A DNA stretch of 64,000 bases, taken from positions 3,520,001 through 3,584,000 of the forward strand of contig OZ242214.1 of assembly GCA_965206595.1 (NCBI GenBank). The letters run 5' to 3'. This stretch comes from Candidatus Latescibacterota bacterium (lineage in GTDB: Bacteria > Latescibacterota > UBA2968 > UBA8231). Positions 40,698 to 49,117 of this stretch are shown in pieces; positions within the stretch are counted from its first letter, which is position 1, and each line of letters opens with the position of its first letter. The position numbers and the translations under genes were made by a program. The notes beneath the pieces are model-generated. The model searched no databases, was not told the DNA's origin, and worked only from the letters and a program-made list of their open reading frames with translations.

Positions 40698-41604
40698 GAC
40701 GCCGGCCTCGTCATTGACGGGCGTCGCCGGTATCCCGGCCTCGAGTCGGGAACAGGCAGAAGAGCTGGCCGCCCTGGCCACGGTCCGCGCCAGGACGCGC
40801 GCCGCCCTGTCCGAGGCGGACGATCTGCTGCGCCGCGTCGACCCGGTCTGGTCGCCGCCGCCCTACGACCCGCTGCTGGTGGCGCAGGCCCTGGGGATCC
40901 GCTGCGTCAGGATGGACTCCCCGTCCGCTTCCCCCCACCCTGCCCTGCTCTGCCGGCACCGGGACAGGCCGACGATCCTCTACCGCGACGGCTCGGAGGC
41001 GCGCACCCGTTTCAATCTCTTCCACGAGATAGCCCACACCCTTTTTCCGGATTTCCACGAGAATCCCCTGCTGAGCCGCCGGCGCCCCCGGCTGTTCGAA
41101 CCGGAAGGACGGCTGGAAAACCTGTGCGACGCCGCGGCCCTCGAATTCATGATGCCTGCCGATCTCTTCGAGGCCGACCTGGTCGAGGGCGGCTTCGGGG
41201 CGGAACGGGTAGGGGATCTGTGCGCCCGCTACGGCGTCTGGCCCGAGGCGGTCTGCCTGCGCATGATCGCATCCGACCTCGAGTGCTGTGGGCTGGCCCG
41301 GTTCGAGTGCGCCCCCGGTCCGCGGCGGCGGCATCCCCTGCAGCCGGAACGAACCCTGTCCATGCGGTATTTCGTCGCTTCCGCTTCCTTCCGGGATCGC
41401 GGGCTGGCCGTCTCACGGCGGCTCGACTTCGACCGCGGCCACCCGCTCCACGTCGCCTCGCGCTCGAAGAAGCCGGCGGCCGCGGAACTGCTGGTCCCCC
41501 TGCTTACCGGAGGCCTGCACCCGTTCCTGGTCGAAGCCCTGCCGTTGCCGGGCAGGCGACGGCACGGGTACAGTCCCGTGGCTGGGTTCTTCCATCCCCG
41601 CTGA
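40690..41604 (+). CDS. ImmA/IrrE-family metallopeptidase
   Basis: RTRFNLFHEIAH (HExxH), ENLCDAAALEFMMP; overlaps the XRE stop. Confidence 0.85.
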   Translation: MTETPASSLTGVAGIPASSREQAEELAALATVRARTRAALSEADDLLRRVDPVWSPPPYDPLLVAQALGIRCVRMDSPSASPHPALLCRHRDRPTILYRDGSEARTRFNLFHEIAHTLFPDFHENPLLSRRRPRLFEPEGRLENLCDAAALEFMMPADLFEADLVEGGFGAERVGDLCARYGVWPEAVCLRMIASDLECCGLARFECAPGPRRRHPLQPERTLSMRYFVASASFRDRGLAVSRRLDFDRGHPLHVASRSKKPAAAELLVPLLTGGLHPFLVEALPLPGRRRHGYSPVAGFFHPR

Positions 41605-41715
41605 GCCCCCCGTCGCGACAGGTCGCCCAAGTGACAGCTCGATTCGCGCCTTCCGGGGTGATGCGAGTTTGAAACCGATATTCCTGCCGCGCACCGTATC
41701 GACAAGGAGGCCGAC

Positions 41716-43251
41716 ATCAACGACTACGACGCCATAATCCTCGGCGGCGGCCACAACGGCCTGGCGGCGGCCGGGTACCTCGCCGGCGCCGGACTCAGCG
41801 TCCTGCTGCTCGAGCGCCGCCACCTGCTCGGCGGGGCCTGCGTCACCGAGGAGCTGTTCCCGGGATACCGGTTCTCCGCCTGCTCCTACATCTGCTACCT
41901 GCTGCAGGACCGGGTGATCGACGACCTCGAGCTCCGCGCCCACGGTTTCGACGTCTACCCCGCGGACCCCTCCCGTTTCTCCCCCTTCCCCGACGGCAGC
42001 CGCGTGCTGATCTGGGAGGATCTCGAGCGCACCCGGGAGGAGGTCGCCCGCGTTTCCCGGCGCGACGCCGACCGCTTCGGGGAGTGGCTGGCCTTCTGGT
42101 GCCGGGCCGCATCCATCATCCACCCGTACTACCTCGGGGAGCCGCCGACCCTCGACGGCATCCGCGCCGGGCTGCGGAGTGAGGACCGCACCTTCTTCGA
42201 GCGCCTGCTGACGGTCAGCATGGGGGAGCTGCTGTGCGAGTTCTTCGAGTCGGAGCAGATGCGCGGGACCTACAGCCAGGCCCAGGACGTCGGCGACCTC
42301 GACGCCCCCGGGGGGGCCTGGTGCTACGCCCACATCAGGACCTCGGCCCTCAACCGGCCCGAGAACGTCGGCCTCGTGCACGGCGGCATGGGGGGAATAA
42401 CCCGGGCGATGGCGCGCTCCGCCCGCGGCCGGGGAGCGACCCTGAAGACCGGCGCCGAGGTCGACCGCATCCTCATCTCAGGAGGCCGCGCCTGCGGGGT
42501 GGCCCTGCGGGACGGCGGCGAGTTCCGCAGCCGCGTCGTCCTCTCCAACGCCGACCCCAAACGCACCTTTCTCAAGCTCGTTCCCCGCGGTCATATCGAC
42601 GCCGGCTTCCTCGACCGCGTCGCCCGCCTCAAGACCGGTGCAGCCTACCTCAAGTTCCACGCCGCGCTCAGCGGCCTCCCCGACTTTTCCGCGCACCTCG
42701 GCGACGGCTTCGATCCCCGCTGCCTCGCCGAGATCAAGATCTGCCCGTCGATGGACTACTACCGGAGCAGCTGGAACGACGCCTGCCGGGGGCGGCCGTC
42801 GCGGACCCCGGTGATGGAGGTGCAGATCCCGTCGGTCTACGACGCGTCTATGGCGCCGCCGGGAAATCACGTGATGTCCGTTTGGGTCAGCTACGCCCCG
42901 GTGACCCTTGCCGAGGGCACCTGGGACGAGCGGCGGCAGGAGGTCGGCGAGCAGCTGATCGACGCCCTGTGCCGGTACGCCCCAAACCTGCGCGACATCC
43001 TCGTCGACTGGTCGCTGTTCACCCCGGTCGATATCGAGCACCGCGTCGGCCTGACCGACGGCAACATCCGCCACCTCGACATCGTGCCGGGGCAGTTCTT
43101 CTCCGAGCGCCCGCTGGCCGGCTGGGCGAACTACCGCACCCCGCTTCCGGGGCTCTACCTGTGCGGGGCCGGGACCCATCCGGGGGGAGAGGTCACCGGA
43201 GCCCCGGGGCACAACGCGGCAGCGGCGGTTCTGCGCGATCTGGATGGGTAA
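41716..43251 (+). CDS. Phytoene-dehydrogenase-like FAD-dependent oxidoreductase
   Basis: The frame extends upstream of the ORF-track start to YDAIILGGGHNGL..LLERRHLLGGAC (FAD-binding motif); GGMGGIT; LYLCGAGTHPGGEVTGAPGHNAA. Apparent ATC start after AAGGAGG. Confidence 0.88.
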   Translation: MNDYDAIILGGGHNGLAAAGYLAGAGLSVLLLERRHLLGGACVTEELFPGYRFSACSYICYLLQDRVIDDLELRAHGFDVYPADPSRFSPFPDGSRVLIWEDLERTREEVARVSRRDADRFGEWLAFWCRAASIIHPYYLGEPPTLDGIRAGLRSEDRTFFERLLTVSMGELLCEFFESEQMRGTYSQAQDVGDLDAPGGAWCYAHIRTSALNRPENVGLVHGGMGGITRAMARSARGRGATLKTGAEVDRILISGGRACGVALRDGGEFRSRVVLSNADPKRTFLKLVPRGHIDAGFLDRVARLKTGAAYLKFHAALSGLPDFSAHLGDGFDPRCLAEIKICPSMDYYRSSWNDACRGRPSRTPVMEVQIPSVYDASMAPPGNHVMSVWVSYAPVTLAEGTWDERRQEVGEQLIDALCRYAPNLRDILVDWSLFTPVDIEHRVGLTDGNIRHLDIVPGQFFSERPLAGWANYRTPLPGLYLCGAGTHPGGEVTGAPGHNAAAAVLRDLDG

Positions 43252-43357
43252 GAATGGGTGGGATTTCCGATTCGCCCCGGCGCACTTCTGCCGGGATCAA
43301 CGGTGGGCATCCATCACCGCCCCTTGGCCACCCAACCGCAGCACGGTCGGTTCACGC

Positions 43358-43666
43358 TTAACTCCCGGTCCCTGGCCCTTCCGCAGTTGCCCACTCCCGT
43401 CGCGCTTGCGCCAGTTCGTAGCTCGCCTGCATCCGCATCCAGTGGTCGGCCGTCCCCCAACCGATGTCCTCCAACGCCAGCGCCATATTCGCGGACACTC
43501 CCGCCTGGCCATTCAGCAGGCGCGACAGGGTGCCGCGCTCGCAGCCCAGGCGTGCCGCCGTCTCGGTGACGTTCCAGCCGACTTCCTCCATGCTTTCGCG
43601 GATCAGTTCTCCCAGATGTGGCGGGTTCAGCATGGGACCCACACGTTTACCTTCGTCGTTGTTCAT
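43358..43666 (-). CDS. higA: HigA-family antitoxin
   Basis: MLNPPHLGELIRE..VTETAARLGCERGTLSRLLNGQAGVSANMALAL..W.RMQASYEL. Confidence 0.9.
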   Translation of the reverse strand: MNNDEGKRVGPMLNPPHLGELIRESMEEVGWNVTETAARLGCERGTLSRLLNGQAGVSANMALALEDIGWGTADHWMRMQASYELAQARREWATAEGPGTGS

Positions 43667-43686
43667 TCGCGGAGGCTCCCTTGCGA

Positions 43687-43913
43687 TCAGTGATAGTCGA
43701 TCAGGTCCACGTCCACGGCCTCGCGGTCTTCGAAACGGAACACCATGCGCCAGGTTCCCGGATACGCGAACGCTCCACTGTCCCGCCCGATCCCCCCTCA
43801 GCGGATGCAGCCGGAACAGGATGCGCCGAAGCCGTGGCACGAGGTTCCCAGGCAGCCCGGCCTTGTCGTTCAGCTCATGCAACGCCTTCAAGCCCTTGTG
43901 CCTGATTTTTCAT
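43687..43913 (-). pseudogene. higB: HigB-like (RelE/ParE superfamily) toxin, disrupted
   Basis: Reconstructs as MKIRHKGLKALH..RLHPLRGDRAGQWSVRVSGNWRMVFRFEDREAVDVDLIDYH* after removing an extra A near the start and an extra C in AACCTGG; the middle segment appears deleted. Confidence 0.85.
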
Positions 43914-43921
43914 GGGAAGGA

Positions 43922-43940
43922 TGAAGCGCGATGCGCTACA
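43922..43940. promoter_or_regulatory. Imperfect palindrome TGAAGCGC-N3-GCGCTACA, probable HigA operator
   Basis: 7/8 arm match, 8 bp upstream of the higB start. Confidence 0.55.
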
Positions 43941-44379
43941 CGCCTCCGCGATACTTCGTCAATACGACGCAAGGGCCAACCCGACGTCGATGAGGGAGCA
44001 TTAGGCGATTGTTACGGATTCCGCCTTCCCCTGAGAAAGTTCACTTCCGGCCAGACCAGGAAATCCTTGCAGACACTTACGTAACCTGATGATAATTATG
44101 GACATAAAGAGAAAACTATGTCTGGGGTTACGAAGCCTGTGGACCGTAGGATGTGACGCTGGGTACGGTGTTTTCCTCTGGGATTTCAAGGGTGTAGCAA
44201 TCTCCCAAGATGCCCAACCCGACTGGAACCCACGCGCTGGTGCCGAACGCGTTGCCGCTATTGTTGTCGCACTTGACCCACTGCACTTGACCCACTAATG
44301 AGTAAGAGTCTTTATAGATATTTCCCGAGACAGGCCAAGTAGAGCCTGCCCGAGGTGTTCGCCCGCAAGAACTCTTCCC

Positions 44380-45047
44380 GTGCCAGCGACTATGGAAGCG
44401 GAGGTGAAGGCGCTGCACGCCAAGATCGGCCAGCTGACTGTCGAGAACGATTTTTGTCTCGCGGCTTCGGCCGTTGAGCCGCGACCGAAGGGTAACGATG
44501 ATCGATCCGTATCATCCCCGCCTCCCTGTCGTGCGCCAGTGCACCTTGGTCGTCATCAGCCGCTTCTCCTACTATTACGCGGGTCGAGGGGAAAGCTCCT
44601 TCAACCTGCAGCTGATGGGCTGCATCGACGAACAGTTTCTGTCCACGCCGTGGTATGGGTCGCGTCAGATGGCCCGTCACCTGCGGCGGCAGGGCCATGG
44701 AGTCGGTCGCAAGCGGGTGCGCCGCTTGATGCGACAGATGGGACTGACGACGGTCAGCCGCAACCCGTCGACCTCGGCGCCGGATGGATCCCATCGGATC
44801 TATCCGTATCGGCTCGGCCCTCTGACGATCGAGCGGCCGAACCAGGTGGGGTGCGCGGACGTGACCTATATCCCGATGCAACGAGGTTTCCATTTATCTG
44901 GTAGCGATCATGGACTGGGCGACGCGCACGGTGCTGTCGTGGCGGCTGTCGAACACCCTGGACAGTGCCTTCTGCCGGGAGGCCTGCAGGAGGCGCTGGC
45001 CCGCTTAACTCTGCTGTCCGGCTGTCCAAAGAATGGGGTCCACCTCT
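44380..45047 (+). pseudogene. IS3-family element remnant (end of orfA plus truncated, frameshifted orfB)
   Basis: LHAKIGQLTVENDF; VRQC..YGSRQM..RKRVRRLMR..PNQVGCADVTYIPM; LVAIMDWATRTVLSWRLSN in a shifted frame; ends in an IR-like CTGTCCAAAGAATGGGGTCCACCTC. Confidence 0.85.
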
Positions 45048-45107
45048 CGTTGTCATGGAACGCGAGATCAGATAAGATTCTAACTTGATCAGAGGTTGCG
45101 AAAAATA

Positions 45108-46373
45108 ATGCAAGACTGGAATTGGGATAAGAACGGTTGGATTTGTTTTAAGGATGGCCGCGAGCATCATGCGCTCGCTAATTTTTGCGCCGTTTGCGGC
45201 GGTGCTGTCGAGAGCAAACCTGTCGATTGCATGGCCGATATACCTTCCGGAGAGAGTAAAGACAGTGCTGTCGGTAATCTGCCGGTCATTATGGACAAAG
45301 TCGACGACCTCTTTAACGTATTCGGTCAGCCTTTATTAGTGAATAAATCCAGCGGAGAAATGAGTACCTACATAGAGAACGAGCCACGCGACCTGCCTCA
45401 ACTCAATGGGGTTTCCTTGCGTCAGGTGGATTTTGACCGCTGGTGGATTTACGCGCTCACGGAGGTGGGGACGCTGCAGGTGTTTCCGACCTCTTCGTTG
45501 TTGAACGACGATATGATGAAAGCTGCTTCATGGAAGCCGCTTGCCGTGGAATGTGAGCGCGTCGAGAAGATTGCCTTAGGCCGGAATCGGCTTTTCCTGC
45601 TGGACCAAGAGGCGTTGACTATTCATGTATATAAGGTAGATAAAGCAAGTTGCGATCGATACTGGAAGAGCGAAAACCGCATTTTCGACGAATTGCAAAG
45701 ACAAGAGCTAGACCAAAATTCGTTGCCTATCGAAGAAATGATCCCGATTCGGGGAAGCGAGACCTATCTGGGCTTAATAGAAGAGGAAAACAGGGTTGTT
45801 TTCTTGGATTTGGAACAGGGCAAGAAAATCTCGTATGAGGATGAGGATGCCCGCGGCGCTCCATTAGCCGCTTCGGCGGGCGTGATGCGCGGCGAGGATC
45901 CGTCAATATGGCTATTAACTCAAGAAGGGGGCTTGTGTGCCCTACAGTTAGTCGGCCAACAGGTGCTAAAAGAAATTCCGAGCCGAACCGAGGTAGAGGT
46001 ACAGGCCCTACAGACATTGCGGATCGAGTCCGGCTATTGCTATATGGCGATAGGGTCTAATTTTATGCTATTGTTCGATCCATTGAATCGGCAAGTTACG
46101 TCCAAATTGGAGTGTAGTCCCGGATATTCCATGAGGCACATTGATCAGACCAAAGGCTTGGGCGGCTTGGTCGCCAACTTCCAAAGAGGAGTGGGAGCTA
46201 ATACGGAATTTCGTCTTTCCCGTCTTGATGAACGAGGAGGGGAACCTTTCTTGCGCGGCTGGCCTTTAGGCGAAGATCCGGTTGTGCCGCCAGCGGGTTT
46301 CGGCAAATACGTGTACGTGATGACCCGCGATCATGAGTACCATCTGTATCGCTATGACCTATTGGCCGTTTGA
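45108..46373 (+). CDS. Hypothetical protein with N-terminal Zn-ribbon and probable beta-propeller
   Basis: C....H....FCAVCG at the N-terminus; short beta-strand repeats (WIYALTEVGTLQVF, LFLLDQ, IWLLTQEGGLCAL, YVYVMTRD..LYRYDL). Confidence 0.55.
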   Translation: MQDWNWDKNGWICFKDGREHHALANFCAVCGGAVESKPVDCMADIPSGESKDSAVGNLPVIMDKVDDLFNVFGQPLLVNKSSGEMSTYIENEPRDLPQLNGVSLRQVDFDRWWIYALTEVGTLQVFPTSSLLNDDMMKAASWKPLAVECERVEKIALGRNRLFLLDQEALTIHVYKVDKASCDRYWKSENRIFDELQRQELDQNSLPIEEMIPIRGSETYLGLIEEENRVVFLDLEQGKKISYEDEDARGAPLAASAGVMRGEDPSIWLLTQEGGLCALQLVGQQVLKEIPSRTEVEVQALQTLRIESGYCYMAIGSNFMLLFDPLNRQVTSKLECSPGYSMRHIDQTKGLGGLVANFQRGVGANTEFRLSRLDERGGEPFLRGWPLGEDPVVPPAGFGKYVYVMTRDHEYHLYRYDLLAV

Positions 46374-47961
46374 AAGCCCGTCATTCTGGTACGCTGCTCT
46401 GCTGTGCTGCCTAGGGCTTGGCGGCCCTCGTGCCGCCACTGGGATGGATGTCAGCATATTGGTCGATGGCTCTGGTTCAATGGAGGGCTTCCAGCAGACA
46501 AGTGAGCTACAGAAATTGCTGACCTCGTTGGAAAAAGCCTGCCAAGACCAGCAACTGGAGGCGGGCACTTTATTTTTTGTATCCCAACACCCGGATTCGC
46601 TAGTGTGGATCGAGGAGACCCAAGACGCACGCTGGGGCAGCTATACTAATTTGTTCAGGGCTTTTGAAGAAGGGCTTGGATGGGCTCCGATTACTTTTTT
46701 CTTAACCGATAATGTGCAGGCGACCACCAACGACGAAGATGTTCGGGGGCTCTATGCGCGTTTTGCGGAGGATGTGGTACAAGTACTATATGCCGTGCCG
46801 CTGAGTCTGCCCTTTGACGGGCGGTTGTTCAATCACCCGGACAAGGCGTACCACCAAGGTCCGCGTGGGGTGGTCCTGTATGCCTATCTCACAGAAGAAG
46901 ATCAGCGCGTTAGATTCGGCAAACTCATCTCCCAACTCAAGGCTGGCGGCTTGGAACCGATGCTGATGAAGCCGCTAGACCACCGCATTGTTCTACATCG
47001 CAAACGCAGGGCATATTCGGACCAGCCGAGCACCATCGGCATGGACGAATCCGAGTTGGTCCATTTCTCCTTTACCTTAGAGTCGCAATTGAGCTACCTG
47101 AATATCGAGCCGATGGATGAGCATGGTAATCCGGTGCGGTTGAAGGTGAGCCAGCCTAGGATCGTTCCCATGCAGCCCGAAGATCGGCGGTACTGGAGTC
47201 GAGCTGGCGGAAGGGGACAAGTTACCCCACCCCGCCTCGAAGAGAAGCTGGAGCACAATACTCAGAACAAATACCGCTATTCGTGCCGGGTACGCCTAGG
47301 CCCGTTCCAGCCCAACGAGGTTGGCTTCTTCGACCAGCTTGACATGGCGCGTACCAGCCCGATTCCGATCCAATATATGTCCAGGGTTGTCTTGGAAATA
47401 CCGCCTGGCTCGTTTCGCATGACTCCGATTTATCAGGAGAAGTACTTTACCGACAACCCCCAAGAGGTCGAGCGTATCTATACGCCAGACGATCTGATAC
47501 ACTTCCTGCACCGAGACCGAGAGGGTTTGGAAGTGGTGCCCAAGGGAGGAGCCATAAGAGGCAGGTTGCAAGTCCGTTCCCCTCTCTATCTGTGGCGGGC
47601 TTGGGTCGTGGTGATCTTGCTAGCCATCGCTGTGGTAGCTACCGGGGGAAAGGTTTATTTTAGGAGGCTCGTTTATCTGCTTGCAGCCGTAGAGTACAAG
47701 TACTGGATGCGCCCCGGCGGTCAAAAGGAATTGGAGTACACAAACCAAAGCGGAAAGGATATCGTTTTGGGATATTTGCGGCGAGACGGCCTGTTCAAAT
47801 GCAAATACCGCTTACTGCCGGCCGAAGAGGGCGACGAAAGGGCCGGACTAAGAAATCGGATGGACGATCCAGTCGGTGAGGAGGGGGTGGCTTTTGAAAA
47901 GGATGAAAAATGGGTTTTCAAACACAAGGGCAATGAATTTGAACTGGAACGCCTCAAATAA
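46354..47961 (+). CDS. Membrane-anchored vWA-domain protein
   Basis: Signal peptide; VSILVDGSGSM (MIDAS DxSxS), TNL, FFLTDN; single TM (WVVVILLAIAVVA) then a short cytoplasmic domain. Confidence 0.7.
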   Translation: MTYWPFESPSFWYAALLCCLGLGGPRAATGMDVSILVDGSGSMEGFQQTSELQKLLTSLEKACQDQQLEAGTLFFVSQHPDSLVWIEETQDARWGSYTNLFRAFEEGLGWAPITFFLTDNVQATTNDEDVRGLYARFAEDVVQVLYAVPLSLPFDGRLFNHPDKAYHQGPRGVVLYAYLTEEDQRVRFGKLISQLKAGGLEPMLMKPLDHRIVLHRKRRAYSDQPSTIGMDESELVHFSFTLESQLSYLNIEPMDEHGNPVRLKVSQPRIVPMQPEDRRYWSRAGGRGQVTPPRLEEKLEHNTQNKYRYSCRVRLGPFQPNEVGFFDQLDMARTSPIPIQYMSRVVLEIPPGSFRMTPIYQEKYFTDNPQEVERIYTPDDLIHFLHRDREGLEVVPKGGAIRGRLQVRSPLYLWRAWVVVILLAIAVVATGGKVYFRRLVYLLAAVEYKYWMRPGGQKELEYTNQSGKDIVLGYLRRDGLFKCKYRLLPAEEGDERAGLRNRMDDPVGEEGVAFEKDEKWVFKHKGNEFELERLK

Positions 47962-47976
47962 TACTAGGGAGTCAAG

Positions 47977-49026
47977 ATGAAACGGCACATCACCCTCGGA
48001 TTCATACTGGCTATCGGCTGGATGGGGTGTGGCGGGTCGGGACAAAGCGGCTCCACGTTTACTCAGCGGATTGCCAAGGAAGAGAAGGGAAGCGTAGTAT
48101 TCCTCAAGGTCTCTACCAATGAGGGAGAAGGGCTGGGGAGCGGAATCATCATCAAGTCAACGGGCCAAATTCTCACGGCACACCATGTAATCAAGGGCAT
48201 CAAACAAGGATGGGCCAAGCCGTTCAACGGGACTTGGATGCCGATTACGGGCGTTGTCGCTCAAGACGAACTCAAAGATCTGGCGGTGATAAACGTCGAT
48301 CCGGGCAACCAACATCTACAGCAGTCTAGGCTTGGATCGGGAGAGTATATAAGTTCGGGCGATCCCGTAGTGGCAATAGGCAACCCGTTGGGGCTAGAGC
48401 ACTCGGTCACCGAAGGGATTATCTCCGAGGTTCGCACTACCCCGGAGGGTCTCAGACTGATTCAGACGGATGCCGCCGTATCGCCGGGCAATAGCGGCGG
48501 GCCCTTATTCGATCAGAACGGGGAGGTAATTGGCGTGGTAAGTTTTAATCTAAGCTCTAGCCACGACGAGGGGCAGAATCTCAATTTTGCGGTCTCAATT
48601 GATGAAGCTAAACCACTGCTGGGTCTCCCCGCGGACCAATTTGAACCTGTTCGGGTAGGAGTCCCGCCACCGGAGACTAGATCGAAGGGCACCTTTCGCT
48701 ATGTGGAGGTTGGGCGCCTAGTCTGGATTTTTGTGTTTTCTGTAATCGTCTATCTCTTTTCGGCCTATCTACTCTTTAGCGGGCTCATCAAGAACCGAGA
48801 CAAGCACCCGGCCACGGCTTTTGGCATATCCGCCCTCGTATCGTGGGTGGGCTTTGCGGTGATCGCTTCCTTTGTGTTGAGCGGCCTTTTTGATTTTTCA
48901 ATGGGCTGGGTGTCAGGTTCGCAAATTGAATGGCGAGTCTTCATCGCTGGGCTGGTGTTCCTAATTTTCATCGTGGTGATAGTAAGACTTGTCTCCCGGC
49001 CATCGGTCGTCGAAAATTCAGAGTGA
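47977..49026 (+). CDS. Trypsin-like serine protease (HtrA-type catalytic domain, no PDZ), lipoprotein with C-terminal TM helices
   Basis: WMGC lipobox; GSG, LTAHHV (His), DLAVI (Asp), IQTDAAVSPGNSGGPL (Ser); three C-terminal hydrophobic segments. Confidence 0.9.
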   Translation: MKRHITLGFILAIGWMGCGGSGQSGSTFTQRIAKEEKGSVVFLKVSTNEGEGLGSGIIIKSTGQILTAHHVIKGIKQGWAKPFNGTWMPITGVVAQDELKDLAVINVDPGNQHLQQSRLGSGEYISSGDPVVAIGNPLGLEHSVTEGIISEVRTTPEGLRLIQTDAAVSPGNSGGPLFDQNGEVIGVVSFNLSSSHDEGQNLNFAVSIDEAKPLLGLPADQFEPVRVGVPPPETRSKGTFRYVEVGRLVWIFVFSVIVYLFSAYLLFSGLIKNRDKHPATAFGISALVSWVGFAVIASFVLSGLFDFSMGWVSGSQIEWRVFIAGLVFLIFIVVIVRLVSRPSVVENSE

Positions 49027-49117
49027 GAGACTACCGCCGGAGACTTCGACCTGAGCGCAGCCGAAGGTTTTCAGGCCACATCTAATACCAGTTGGAGCAA
49101 AATTGAAGGAGAACACT

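Noticed and set aside
43358-43891. 177-aa natural toxin-antitoxin fusion protein
   Set aside because: It arises from a frameshift in the decayed higB; the real HigB C-terminus (..DLIDYH*) lies in another frame.
44001-44418. Short ORFs between higB and the IS3 remnant
   Set aside because: No motifs or convincing RBS; likely decayed DNA.
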